Positions 12,186 through 25,163 of a DNA stretch of 64,000 nt are shown here, piece by piece. Source of the DNA: Octopus sinensis (lineage: Eukaryota); NCBI RefSeq assembly GCF_006345805.1, contig NC_042999.1:141670001-141734000 (forward strand), in the 5' to 3' direction. Below the pieces are notes generated by a model. The model made no database searches. It had not been told where the DNA came from and worked only from the letters and a program-made list of their open reading frames with translations. Made by a program: the position numbers and the translations under genes. Position 1 is the first letter of the stretch, and each line of letters opens with the position of its first letter.

Positions 12186-12794
12186 TAATATATGTGTGTG
12201 TGTGTAAAGTACTGCTGCTGTAAAACTTCTAGCTGTGCAGTTTCTGATTTAAAAAAAAATAGTTTGAAAGAATTAAAATTTTTTTTTTTTGCGAGATTTA
12301 CAATCCCTGATGCTCATAACAAAGCCCCAAAAATGATTAAAATATAAACAATTGCAGCATGGAAGGTGTTTATAAGCCATTTAAACTGCACAAAAACCGT
12401 TAGATTCATTTCAACATTTAAATTGAATTTGCTAAAATATTTTCATCACTTTGAGGCCGTGACCTGTTCACTGACAAAATTTTGTGCTGCATATATATAT
12501 AATGAAAGAGAGAGATAGTTATAAAAATATTGGGCAGTGGGTTAAAAAAATCCACTCTAAATCGTCAGGAATTGTGCAGTTGCTTTTCTGAAATCGGTTC
12601 ATTTTGAAATCAGTAGAGCAGCAGATTTATTACCTGGTAGTATTTATGTTTATGTTCAAATCCTGTCAAGGACAAAGATTGCTATCCAGTCTTCTTGAGT
12701 TAATAAAATAATTTGCATTTAAAGTATTTGGGTTGATCTAATTAAACTGTACCTTCTCTTGAAAATGTGTGAACTTATAAAAAATTATTATTAA

Positions 12795-12992
12795 TGAGCT
12801 GGCAGAATTATGTGTAGGACCAAATGCTTAGCATTTCTTCTGACTTCTAATCCCACTGAGGTCAACTTAGCCTTCAATCATTTCAGGGTTGATAAAATAA
12901 AGTACCAATCAAGTACTAGGATTGATGTAATTGACTTTCTCCTTAACCCTTGAAATTGCTTGCCTTGTGCCAAAATTTAAAACCATTATTAA
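12795..12992 (+). mobile_element. Second SINE family (GAGCTGGCAGAA.../GTACCAGT type), decayed
   Basis: Collinear with 63528-63735. Confidence 0.7.
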
Positions 12993-13104
12993 AAGCATTC
13001 TCATGTCACTGAAAACTGGTCTTTGGATTCATTTCATGCCTTGTTCTTTAAAATAATAGCTGTTTGTTATTTTCAGGCTATCTATTAGATATAGATTCAG
13101 AAAT

Positions 13105-13260
13105 TTTTTCCCAGTACATGATATAAAGTGGTTACTGCTAGGGAGGGCATCCAATGTAGGAACCATGCCAAGTAGGCATTCCATGGATTCATTAGATCCT
13201 GTCAAACTTTCCAACACAGGCAGCATCAAACAAGGATGTTAAATTTTGATGATGATGACA
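13105..13260 (+). mobile_element. RTE-tail-type repeat fragment
   Basis: AAAGTGGTT..GGAGGGCATCCAA..ACCATGCCAA..GATGTTAAA..GATGATGATG. Confidence 0.6.
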
Positions 13261-13889
13261 ATACATTCATGATCAATCAAAAGGAATTTACACAGTAAAA
13301 AAAAGAAATGTCTGAGTGATTACGTAGCACATGCTATTTATAGAATCAGATTACTGTATAGAAAGAAGACTTATCACATTAGATGATATCCATGTCTTGA
13401 AAAATACTTGTTTACAGTAGTGAGATAGAGATAAAAAAAATCATTGAATTGTACTTTGAATAAAAGACAAAAGTAGATGTCTTGTGTCAGTCATTTTCTT
13501 GCGTCATTCTAAAAATAGCAAATAAGGTTCCTACACCTTCAACTTTGTGACTCAATACTAGATATTAAGCCAGTGACATACTAGCTTGTAAACAATTCAA
13601 CCTTCTCTCACTTTCAAGTGAGAGCAGCAATAATATGTATGGACCATTGTTAACTCAGGTCATGTCTGATCTGGTACAAGATATAATAATTGTTGTGATC
13701 ATAATGGCTTGAATTCTAAACTAGATTAGAAAGAGTGAAGCATCTTGCTTATTCATTCTAGGTTGCTTTCCAATCTTTCAACTGCTTTTTATTTTAAACT
13801 TAAATGTATATTTACTTTTATAAAGATAGTTTTTAAGAATATATATAGACAAAAAAAAAAAAGGGATATGAAAGATCCTGTTTGTATCA

Positions 13890-14113
13890 TATAGACTCAA
13901 AGGGCCAGTTTCCCAGTTTCTGTGGTGTATATATTCCCCACCTGGACTGAACACTGGTCCATTGCAGGATTACCATTTTTGCCAGCTGAGTGGACTGGAA
14001 CAACATGAAATGAAGTGTTTTACTCAAGAATACATGTCATCTGGTCCAGGAATCAAAACCACAATCTTACAATAATGAGTCCAACACTCTAACCAATAAA
14101 CCATACTCTTCCA
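13890..14113 (-). mobile_element. Third SINE family (reverse complement of the 51156-51365 type)
   Basis: ATTTTTGCCAGCTGAGTGGACTGGAACAACATGAAATGAAGTG is the reverse complement of CACTTTATTTCATGTTGCTCCAGTCCACTCAGCTGGCAAAAATG at 51.25 kb. Confidence 0.8.
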
Positions 14114-17100
14114 CATATGTATCAATAGCACTAAATGTATGACTAGTATTATTACAATGATCATCATCATTATTTAATGTCTGTTTTCCCAGGAGCAAAA
14201 TTGATATAAATTCAAATTATTACACTGAAAATGGATTCATTTAACAAGATGTGAGTGTGATATAAATGTACTGGGAGATATGGGCATAAACAAAACCTTT
14301 GCAACTGCAGTTTTATGTATTTTGTGCGTTCATTCTAGTATTCAGTATTAGTTTCTTGATTGGCTGGTTAAAACAGCTGATGCTTATTTTTAATATATTC
14401 ATATTCTAAAAGAATTATGGTTGAACTGAGGGAATCCCTCATTAATATTACAAATCATTTAATTAACTCTTATGTTGGAATGTACTGTGTTGTGCTTAGA
14501 CCAATATGATCAGGGTTAACATGCAGTAGAATAATAATAGCAAACTGACATCTCCTTTAGACCTCGCCAGCATCTGCTTAACAATACAAAAACTTCTCAT
14601 TTAGTTGTTCTTTGGCCCATCTTCCTAAGGATTAACACACACATACACAATGAATTACAAAATTGAAAGGATTGAAGACAGTATTGAAAGACTTACTTTG
14701 CATACTAGCTATAATGTTGATTGATGTTACTTATGAATTTTGTTTTTATTTATTTTTTAAGTAGAAAATCTTTGCTCAAGTTAGTCCACAGCACTAAAAA
14801 GGTTGAATCTTCATGATATGATATTGGGGCTTTTTTTTCTTCCCAAAGAGAACCAATTTAGGATAAATAACAAGACAAAGTAAAGCAAACCAAATGTGGT
14901 GTATTTGTGTGTGCTACTTGAGATGTTAGAGAGGTTTCGACACTTTAAAACTTTCATCCACAAGTGATGCCATTGTTTTTGCTAGAAGTTTGAGACCATG
15001 TGTGGTTGTGAGAGAACAATCACATTAGGAGAGAGGAATTTAGACAAAACCATTGTAATTTTAAAAAAAATTATTTTTACTTTTGTTTCTAAGGCTGTCT
15101 CCATAGCAAGCTACCATTCCGTTATGTCTAAGATTTGTATACAGTTTTACGTATTACACTGAATGTTATTTGTTCATAGTTGTTGGTGTCTCAAATAGAA
15201 TATAATTTACATGTTGATGGATCTATACACCACAATTCAGAAGTTTATATTTGTTCTAAGGATTTCCAAATAAGATTAGTTGGCATATGATGCTGAGTAG
15301 AGACAGTATTTGGATCTAGTTGGTTTGGCTGCTAGTATCATTTTCTGTTTGAATTGATTTCATATTCAGTGTAATGTTACATTCTTATAGGCTAATGAAT
15401 GACGTGAAAATCATTTTCGCTATAAATCAATAAATAAAGAGTTAGTAGCAATTAAAGTTTGAAAATTTTGGGTAATTTTAGCCAATTGTATGCTACAGAC
15501 ACATTTGTGCCCGTTTCCATAGTAACAAGCCAAACATGAGAACTCTTTTGTCAGCAAGAAAGCATGTGTGTTGATAAATATATTCTACATAATGCCACAT
15601 GCGTTGACACTGTTGCTTGTACCCTGGTCATAAGACATGCTAAAAATAAGCCTTAAATCATGCCCACCCCCACTTATAAAAATCTTTTTTGCATAATTGT
15701 ATGAATCCCTGTGTGTAGAGTACAACATTTTATGAAAATTCCAAATTTTAAAAAAGTTATAAGGTGTTTTTATGTTGTAGATTAAGCAGAATTTGATTTG
15801 TTTACAGTCTCATATAAAAACACATGCTATTTTCAGAATGTTGACAACATGTGCAGTCATGCACAAAATGACAGCTTCCAAATCCTGTTTCCTGACTGGG
15901 TGAAGCTGATCAAACTTTAAACCTCTATAACTTTTTAAAAACATTTTTCTAGAAAAAGTGAAATAACTCCAGCAATTCAGCTTGGAAAAGTATATTAATG
16001 TGCCAAATTTCAAAATTTTAGATAAACTTGAATTTTTGGTATGTTGGCAGTCAAACCAACTAGATCCCAGTATTCATCTAATTTATTTAGTATACATATG
16101 TGTTAAATTATGAGTTCTCAAAAATATTAAACTTTCTGATTTTTGTTGTAATCTTTCACTGTTTTGTCTCCTATGTATAATGTCTCTATTTCAAATCATT
16201 AATTCAATTTCTCTGTAGATGTTGTAAGTACTCTTGCTTCATTATACCTGACACTCTCTTCTTTACACTTAAATGGTTAATGTTAGAAAAAAAGGATTCG
16301 GCTATGAAAGCAATAACCATAGCAATTTAGATGCAAATATCCATACTTCCAAACTCATCCTTTCTTCAATAGCCTGGGAAAAATACTTGTGAATCCACAA
16401 ATTGTAGAGAAAATGAAAGAAAACCAGTTCTTTTAACTAAGCTTTCTCTTCAAAATGCTTTTTAGCAAGCTGAAGTCTTTTGCTTTTTGAGCCCCTCCCC
16501 TATCAGCTGAAGAATATATACAATTTTAAATAACTATTGCCTTTATTAGATTTTCACACTTTACTTGAATCTGTAATGAAATTCAGAAAATCTGTATATA
16601 AAAACCCCTTGGAACCATCTTTCTCTGAATATTAACTACTGTGGTTTCAAGAAATAAAGTAAAAAAAAAAGTATTGAACTTGCAATTTTAATCAAACTTG
16701 TTAGTAATCCTAACTCTTACTTTTTCAGCCCTTGAAGATATTTGGCAAATTGTATCACATTACCTTTTATTATTATGATGTTCAGATTTAATCTCCTAGT
16801 GAATAAATGGTCTTTCACCACCCTGCACAGCATGCACTGTTAGAATAGCAAGAGATGAATACTTCTAGGTCTCAATAAAAATGAATGAATTCTCTGTTGA
16901 TTTCAGTTGTTCAATGAATTGAACTGCTTGCTCATTGAATTATAATGTAAAATGACTGACTATTTCACAAATACTTGTACCCTTGATGAAATCCTCAGGC
17001 AGAATCTGCATGATATAGAGTGTAACAAAACTGCCATTTGAATTATAGTCTAACTGATAGGTTTCGCACAGTTTTTAATCTACCCAATTTTTCTTGAGTC

Positions 17101-19244
17101 AACCCAATCTCTGATAACCAATTATTAATACTAATTATTATAGTCATTGGTAACCATTTTTAACATTACTGAACATAATTATTGCAAAGTGAACTTAGCT
17201 GCTCAGACCAGTTCTTAATTTTTCATAGATTTTCTTTTGCACTTAGTATTCAGTTACTTTAATTAATGTTCATATCTTTATTGTAATATTTATGCAAGAT
17301 AAACCAAGATTCTTGAGATGAGTTAACTTTAAAAGAAGACCTTTCTATATCCAAAAAAACCAAAGGGCTAAATTTTCCCATGTGTTTTTCATATTTAGTT
17401 TATTGGTGATGGTTTGTGCAACTTTGTGGTCCTTCTCTTTGAATCTTTTCTAATTATTTTTTTATCTGAAAAACTTTCAATCTATAACAGTTAATTCATG
17501 TGTGATAGGAACATTAAAAAAAAATTAACTGGTGGTGTTATTTTTTTTAAATCTTCAACATCTGGTTGATGGAGCTGTTTGATTAGAGTTGTAAAAATAA
17601 AAACTTTTTCTTTTTGGCACTTTACAATTTATTCTATGTATCTAAAAAAATATTTTATACACTTTCACTATTTTCTCTCTCTCAAATGAAAATATTTTAG
17701 AAACTAATTATAACTTAATTATCCACTGAAATAGAAGGAACTTTGAAGTCTGTTTTTAACAGCTCCAAATTGATATGTTTCTCACCTCTTCAATGATTTT
17801 CATTAGTCATGTTTCCATATAAACCACAGAGATATCAAATATAATTAGGACCTAATAGATTGAGGAACATGTCTCGGATAAGATTCAAATTTCTTAACAG
17901 GTTGGCAATAAAGTTCATTGTCTTAAGTATTTCATTTTGTTGTTTATAATCATGACACATAAATGGATAAACTCAGTGGAATATGGGAATTGGAGCTGAA
18001 GAAAAAATTCCAACTAACTCCAATCCTTGTGGTTGTTATTTAAACTATTGTTTATTTTGAGCTTCAGTGTAATAACAGTTGGCTGAGTTGATAAAGTACT
18101 GGACAACCAGCTGTGGTTCAGTAGTTCATACCTTGTCACCAGCATTGTTTGTATTTTAGCTCTCAATGGACCACTACAATCAGAATAATCTACTGTGGCC
18201 AGTATTGTTGTTCAGCTCCAGATCAGTTCTGATCAAACAGATCAATGATCAAAACATTGCAGCCATGATCATACCATCTATTTTTCAGGCAGTGTACTTA
18301 GTGTGCCCTTCATCTTCTTATGATGGTAAAGAGTTGCTTGAGTGGAATTTGGCAGTTAAAAATAGCAGCCAAATTCCCTTACTAGTTCTAGCAGTTCTAG
18401 TAGCCACAAAGTCACTTTTATTAAGTATTTATTATATTCTTGAATATTTTTCCAGCAGAAAAATCTACTCTGTCCAAGGAAGATTTCTCTCTCCTTTTCT
18501 TAACATAGGAAAATCAGTGATAAATACCAACTCTGTTTCTGTGAGTCAGAAAAGGACTTAAAAATTTTTTTAATAAGTTCAAGAATTAATAAGTATTAAA
18601 GTTTCAGCTTTCTGTTTTGATATGAATTGGACAGGATCTTAAACATGTCATTTGATTTTGTTTCATCTGTCAGTTCACTTTTTCAGGCCTAAATATTTTC
18701 TGTTCAGGTTTTCCTTGGTCTCTTTTCATAAAATGTAATTGTAAATTTTTGCTGAACACCAAGAAACTTTTAAGGGCTGGTATTTTATTCCATTTGAAGA
18801 GCATTAAGTGGATTAAGACAAATTGCCATTTCAAATTGGGTCTATCTCAGATTTTCTGTATCAGGAGATCTGACACCCATTCCTAATACTTATGTAAACT
18901 GAGATGTGTTAAAATGATAAAATTCCTTATTTCAGTGCAATAACATTCATTTAGCTAGTTTGCTTTTGCTGTTTACCTTAGTTGCGGTACCTTCCCCTTT
19001 CTTTATTCTGTATGGAATTATTTATTCACTTGACACTTGTATATCTAGTGGGTTTGTTTTCTTGCTCCATCTATTTTTGGTTGGTACTCAGTAGCTTCCT
19101 CAATTGACATATTCTCATCTTAATTTAAATATTATGCATCCAATGCACCACAATTTATTCCTTTCTCAATATAGCAATTGCTCACAAACTCACTACCATA
19201 TTGCATCATATTGCTTATGCATGCCTCCCAATGTTTTTTTCATA

Positions 19245-19580
19245 GGCACAGGTTGGGCTGAATTTTACTCAAACCATATGGTTTTGGACTCAGTTCCACT
19301 ATGTGGTACCTTGAGCTGGGTGAATATTTTCTACTGCAACATTAGCTTGACTAAAGCTTTGTGAGAGGATTTAATAGGCAGAAACTGAAGGAAGCCTATC
19401 ACTTGCATGCACGTGTTTATATGTTTCTTGACATCACACAGTTGTGAAAATGTGTCTGCCTCTAAGGAAATATTACTAGGGGACAGGTGCATTTTGATAA
19501 CAGGAAGGGCATTGGCCATAGAAAAATCTTCAATGTATCATCCAACCCATCCAAGCATGGCAAAGTGGATGTTAAAATGT
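19245..19580 (+). mobile_element. Decayed SINE head followed by an RTE-type tail
   Basis: ACCATATGGTT..TCAGTTCCACT..GAAACTGAAGGAAGCC, then GGAAGGGCATT..CCAACCCATCCAAGCATGG. Confidence 0.65.
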
Positions 19581-19902
19581 TGCAGATATTTTGTGCAGTA
19601 CAATACAAATTCAGTATAGTTTAACTTGGAGAAAAAATTGTGCTGGACACATGCAGACAAACGTACATACATAAGCACTCCTCCCCCATCCCCAGTATTT
19701 CTCCCTTGATTGAAATGCTTTTTCTACTAAGAAACTTCATTCAGCTCAATTATTTCTATCAGCTATTGTCTGATAAGTTACTTTTGTGTTCTACCTCTTC
19801 ACCAAAGGACTTACAATCCAACTGACTGCAAGAACTTTATTTCTTTATCTTGACGAAAAAGTCTTTGCTTGAAACATTGTTTCTTTTATTCTTCTTCCTC
19901 TG

Positions 19903-20030
19903 CCAAGGTCGACTCTACCTTTCATCCTTTCGGGGTCGACAGATTAAGTACCAGTTGTGTATTGGGGTCTATCTAATCAACTGCCCCCTCCCCAAAAATT
20001 TTAGGCCTTGTGCCTAGAGTGGAAAAGATT
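19903..20030 (+). mobile_element. Second SINE family, 3' half, relatively young
   Basis: GCCAAGGTCGACTCTACCTTTCATCCTTTCGGGGTCGA..GGCCTTGTGCCTAGAGTGGAAAAGA, nearly identical to 63.6-63.7 kb. Confidence 0.85.
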
Positions 20031-22225
20031 CTTCTTCCTACTGCATAATTATTCATGCATTCTTGTAGTTGTGCTGCTTTCATTCCTAAGAGCTTTTGTG
20101 TGTATATGTATAGTCATTTTTTTTTTTCAAACAGTTGGTGTTTTTAAAACACATTATACTTTGATAGGTTTCGGCCATTATTGGCCCAGGCCATGTCTAA
20201 CTTAATAGCACCACCTGGTTGTTATATGTTATGTGTTGTGGTGCTTCTTAGTACAGCTGACTTCGCACTGACATATTATTCCAAAATTCAACTGCTTATG
20301 CCTACATTTGCATATAATATGCTTAGTCATTTTATAGTGTATACATACAATAATGCAACAGTTGTTGATCTTACATGTCTTTATGTGTGTATATCGTGTA
20401 GAATGACAATTATAACCTTATCTCATTCTAAAATATTTTACTGAATACTGAATAGAAATATTCAGTACATTTTATGCTTGGAGAGAAAAAGTGAGGGAGA
20501 TTCTCTTTAAAAAGAGAAAAAAAAGGTCAATATAATGGATATTGAGATATATACCAGAAATATTATTCTTCAATGTTTTTACTTATTTTTTGCTTATTTT
20601 AAAATAAATACTTTGTTTCATTCTGAAACAAAATATGTATAAGACTTTGTTTGTTTCATTCAGGAACAAAGTATTTATTACATATATCTGAGAAATATTT
20701 TCTAATTTGCTCAGGGAATTTATTTGCAAAAAAAACAAAATGATTTGCTTGCAACTGTTGTAGAATGTAATTTGTCTTCTAGTTATCACAGTGCATGAAA
20801 GTTTTATTTTTTGTTTTTTTATTTTCTTCTTAAAAATTTAATTTAATCAGAAAAATGATTCAGTTGGTACAAAAAAATGCTCATTGAAACAGAAAAAATG
20901 TGCAGCTTTAAACCCCCACTGTCTCCCATTCTCAAAATATGGTATTTGGTATCAACTTTGACTGAATGTCTGAGTCAGTTGAATGTTCGGCAACCAACAA
21001 CATTCCATCCAGTTATACTTCAAAACATTGATACTTGAAAGATGAAAGAAGCTAAATCTCGCCTGCTAGTTAAGAACTGCACCTATTTTCTTCTCATGAC
21101 TGACACTTCATCACGTCATTTGTGGGGTTTCTCTCCTTCATTGTCGCTGTTACCAGTGCTGCTGCTGCCATCATCACTTATTATCAGACCCCCTACTGCT
21201 TCTACTATTTTCACCTTCACCATTATGGTGTTTAGTTTTGTATCAGATATGACCTAGATGTAATTCATGAGGAAATTACATGTTATTCTCATATAATCAT
21301 TTGTGACGTACATTGTTATATTCTAACAACAATGTATATTTTATTTGGGGTAGAAATTTTTTACATTTTTAAGCCAATGAAATTGCCCAGTTTAAAAATA
21401 GCCAGATAATTTGAGTTGCTCAAATTTGAAATTAAATTTTAGTTTTGGTACATTTTCATTAATTGTATGTTGTTCTGTAAAATTCTTTTGTTTACGAAGA
21501 ATAGTCTCATTTCACAATTGTTTTGAATAATATTCTCATAGCTACCAAGAACAATAAGCAATTGAGATTAAGTACCGTTTTCAGAAATTTGTATTATATA
21601 CATTTTATTAATGTTTTTATTTTAATATTTTATTATTGGTCATATCACTGAAGACAGTGTCTTTGGATTTACTTGTGTTACAGTGCTAGCAAGTTAGTAA
21701 CTCTTCTCTAGCCCTTCCCTAATTTTAGTTGGTTTGTGAGGTAAAAAAAACATTCTGCTAGAATATGAAAACATTTTGGGTGAAGATTGCCAACTATTTT
21801 AACCAATAGGCATTTTTTCATAAAAGCAAAGAAGCAAAGGGAATTAGATATCTGAATAGTGGTTCAACTGTTTATTTTCCAGAACAGATATTTGTATATC
21901 TAAGCAAAGAGTATATTTCTGGGTAATATAATACAAGTACATATAAACACTAATCTTATTTCATATTTTCTGCACTGATTATAAACATATGTACTGTCAT
22001 TTATACATATCACATTTATTTTATGGTATTAATCTTACCTGATTGCAATGTTCTCCATTTTATTTACCCATTGCCGACACTGCTTAATTTTACCAAGTAG
22101 GAAAATATGTACCTAACTGTCTGGCAAAATTACCTCTTAAATAGCCATATTTCTAGCAGGTTAAGCAACCATTTAGAACTCTTTAGTTGGGCCATAGACC
22201 TAAAGGGAATAAACTAGCAGGATTT

Positions 22226-22383
22226 TTTTTTTGTCACCATATTCTTGTTGAAATACACTGCTGTTGTTTCAGTTATGTTTGAAAATATTGGAGAATTTTT
22301 AAGCTGGTGTTTGGAACATCAATTAACATGAACTTTATATCATAGAACCTTGGGCGGTCTCATCTCAGTACCAAAAGGGTTAA
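22226..22383 (-). mobile_element. TTAA-bounded (piggyBac-like) MITE, internally deleted copy
   Basis: Ends AAAAGGGTTAA; internal AAGCTGGTGTTTGGAACATCAATTAACATGAA is the reverse complement of 50770-50805. Confidence 0.6.
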
Positions 22384-23353
22384 TGACTAATCAGAGGATG
22401 AAGGATATTATCCAGAACTGTTTTCTAAGGCTTCTGAGACTGGTAGAAAGAAGGGAGGAAGAATCCTCTTTAGTCTGAAGATCTAGCCTAAATGCTTGCA
22501 ACAATGTCAACTCTGCTAAATTCAGCCAAGGGCCAGGTGGTAACATTATGTCAGAATGCATATGATTTGAACTCTTTACTTAAAAGTACAATACCATATT
22601 AATGGTTGGTATATATGGTTCAGTGAGTTGCCCCACTATCTGCTTATCAATGCAAGTTATAACCATTTTTACATACTAATATTTTAGTGGAAAATATTTC
22701 AACTTTATTTCTTTTATAAATCTGAGGATATAACTTTTTAAGAATCAATTTTTTCAACTCGAAGCAAGAAATAAAATACAGGTAAACTTTCCGGTGTGCT
22801 GAATATGCAACTCTCTTCCAATTCGTCATTGTAACAATTTCACTTGACTCACAATGCTTCATCTTGTTTGGAAGAAGTATGGACCTTGTGCACTCTCATT
22901 TCTCCAATACTGCTTTATACAATTGAATTCCTATTGTATAAGATCAATCTGTGCTGGTGGCAGCTGCTACTGTTTTAATTCTTTTGTAGTAAATACTGTA
23001 ACTGTGGGTGTTTGAAATAAAATTTTCATTTCAATAAACCTTTTTGGCAGGTAATGAAACTCAGTATGTATGTGGTCGACAAAATCTCCGACATTTTGTT
23101 TAATTACATCAAATCTCAGCAAGATTTCTTTAAAAGAATTTTTTTTTTTTACCTTTTTAATAGTTTTTGTTTTTGTCAACTTCTCTAGTTTAACTGAATG
23201 TGATAGTTATTTTAATAATGTAATTTTCCCTTGTATTTCTTTGTTAAAGATGTCTAATTATTCTTTTATTGCCATATACTATTATATTGATAAACTAATT
23301 TTTATCACACCCAATTGTAGTTGCTAACATTATCAAAAGAAAGAAATTATCAG

Positions 23354-23557
23354 TTAAACCTTTTGATACCAACCTGCCCAATACTACTTTTGGTTCTATT
23401 GTACAAACTTCTACATTTAAAGTCTAAATTAAAATTTCATGCTAATTTATTTTCCAAACATCAGTTTTTTTGTTTTTGCTGTATTTTTCATTATTTTCAA
23501 AATTAATTGAATCAAAGAGGATGTAGTTCAATAAAAATAAGATAACAAAAGGATTAA
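23354..23557 (+). mobile_element. TTAA-bounded (piggyBac-like) MITE
   Basis: TTAA-ACCTTTTGATACCAAC ... ATAACAAAAGGA-TTAA: imperfect TIRs with TTAA at both ends; homologous to 50676-50896. Confidence 0.65.
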
Positions 23558-23574
23558 AAAACTTTTCATACACA

Positions 23575-23900
23575 GCATCATCATTTAATGCCCATGTTCC
23601 ATGTTGGCATGGGTTAGATGGTTTGATAGGAATATAATGAGTTTAAGGACTTTTTCATGCTTGACTGTCTGCTTTGGTATGGTTTCTATGGCTAGATGCC
23701 CTTCCTAACACCAACCATTTTACATTATGTATTGGGTACTTTTCATGCCACTGGTACTTTTGAGGTAACCCTGTAGCTCACAGGTGTACAAACCCAAGGA
23801 GGGGATTTCTGTGTCTTTGTTAGATAAGAGCTAAGGTATGAAGGGTAAACATTGGGGTAGAGCAAGTTGTTGCTGTAGAGGAGCTACATGGCTACTCACA
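23575..23900 (-). mobile_element. RTE-tail-type repeat
   Basis: CATCATCATTTAA..GTTGGCATGGGTT..TTTCTATGGCTAGATGCCCTTCCTAACACCAACC, the reverse complement of the 6.5 kb tail. Confidence 0.75.
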
Positions 23901-24365
23901 TTTAGGAGAGAGAGTGAAAATGAATTATTGATATCTTGAAAGAGATAGTGGATGGTACCTCAAGTAAGAGAGGTAATAGTGGGTAGGGTTTTCCAAGAGT
24001 GTATGGGGAAAGAAATAGAGTGAATGGAGAAGAGGGAGGTAGGTGGACAGAAAAGGCTTGAAAGGAGGAGGTGCCCAAGTTGGATGCTTGTGGCAGGATA
24101 GTAATGATGATGCCCTTGACCGGAGGTGAGGAGAAATGACATGTTTGGGTAGGCTGCAAGAGCAGAATAGAGAAATAGATAGGTGTAGCACATAAGAGAT
24201 AATTTTGAGGTCCAGAGAGATGGTTACTGTAACATGTGGGTGTGGCTGACAATATTACTGAATGAAGAAAATAGCTAACAAATGAGAATGTTCTGGATAG
24301 TAAGAGTGAAAAGTGGTATTGAGAAGGGGAAGAGCTGTGATAGCGGGCAAGGTCAACAGGAAGAG
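23900..24365 (-). mobile_element. Decayed CR1/L2-group LINE 3' end
   Basis: Purine-rich on +; the minus translation PVDLARYHSSSPSQYHFSLLLSRTFSFVSYF..SATPTC resembles the CR1/L2 ORF2 C-terminus (RT..F..SF...T...WN.LP). Confidence 0.4.
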
Positions 24366-25000
24366 GGAATTGAGGTGCTCGTGTGTGTGTGTACATATAA
24401 TACATACCCATGCAGTGCTTCTAGAAACTGCTTTTCACTCTGAGAAAAGATCTTTGTCACTAAGTGTGATGAGTTCCCTGAACTTTTTCCAACCCATTCT
24501 TACTCAGGCTACTATGCATTCAGAGCAACCATCTCCCTTGCTGATGACATCTTTTAGTTAGGAAAAACTATCAACTACTAGTGAATCATCAAGGCATACT
24601 GCTGTTTGTGGAACACACTGTTCCAGTGCATCTGTCACATATGAGGCTTATGTTCACTGATAGTCTGCTTGTGATTCTGCTATATCTTTACTAAGTTTAC
24701 CTTAAGACCTTTCAACTCCAGGTTTAGCTTCCATGCCTGATGTTTCCTTTCGAATTCCATTATAGATTCAGCTATGAGAATTAGGTCATCAGCATATTAG
24801 AGTTCCCATGGACAGTCTTAAATGCCTCTGATGGCCTGTAGGATTATGGTGAATAGGAGGGGACTGAAAACTGAGCATTGATGGACTGCAACTATTACAC
24901 TAAAATCCTCACTGAAACAATCTCAACATAACATCACTGCTTTTGTGTTCAGTTTCTAGTGAAAACACCAAGCATTCACACAGACCTATGTGTGTGCCTA

Positions 25001-25059
<59 letters not shown>

Positions 25060-25086
25060 CTCACACACACACACACACACACACAC
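25001..25086. repeat. Compound (CT)n-(CA)n microsatellite
   Basis: Direct reading. Confidence 0.97.
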
Positions 25087-25091
25087 GTGGC

Positions 25092-25163
25092 TGAACCTAA
25101 AAACACATGGTTGTGAAGCAACCATATTGAACCTAAAACCACATGATTGTGAAGCAACCATAT
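25092..25163. repeat. 36-bp tandem duplication (2 copies) derived from a SINE head
   Basis: TGAACCTAAAAACACATGGTTGTGAAGCAACCATAT / TGAACCTAAAACCACATGATTGTGAAGCAACCATAT. Confidence 0.85.

Noticed and set aside
18166-18561. 131-aa ORF, among the longer non-TE-looking ORFs
   Set aside because: It overlaps a dispersed repeat family (GATCA..CAGCCATGATC..) also seen at 31.9, 47.1 and 55.8 kb; no protein features.
22647-23179. Two minus-strand K/I/F-rich ORFs vaguely like a Penelope linker/GIY-YIG
   Set aside because: The composition follows AT richness and diagnostic motifs could not be reconstructed.
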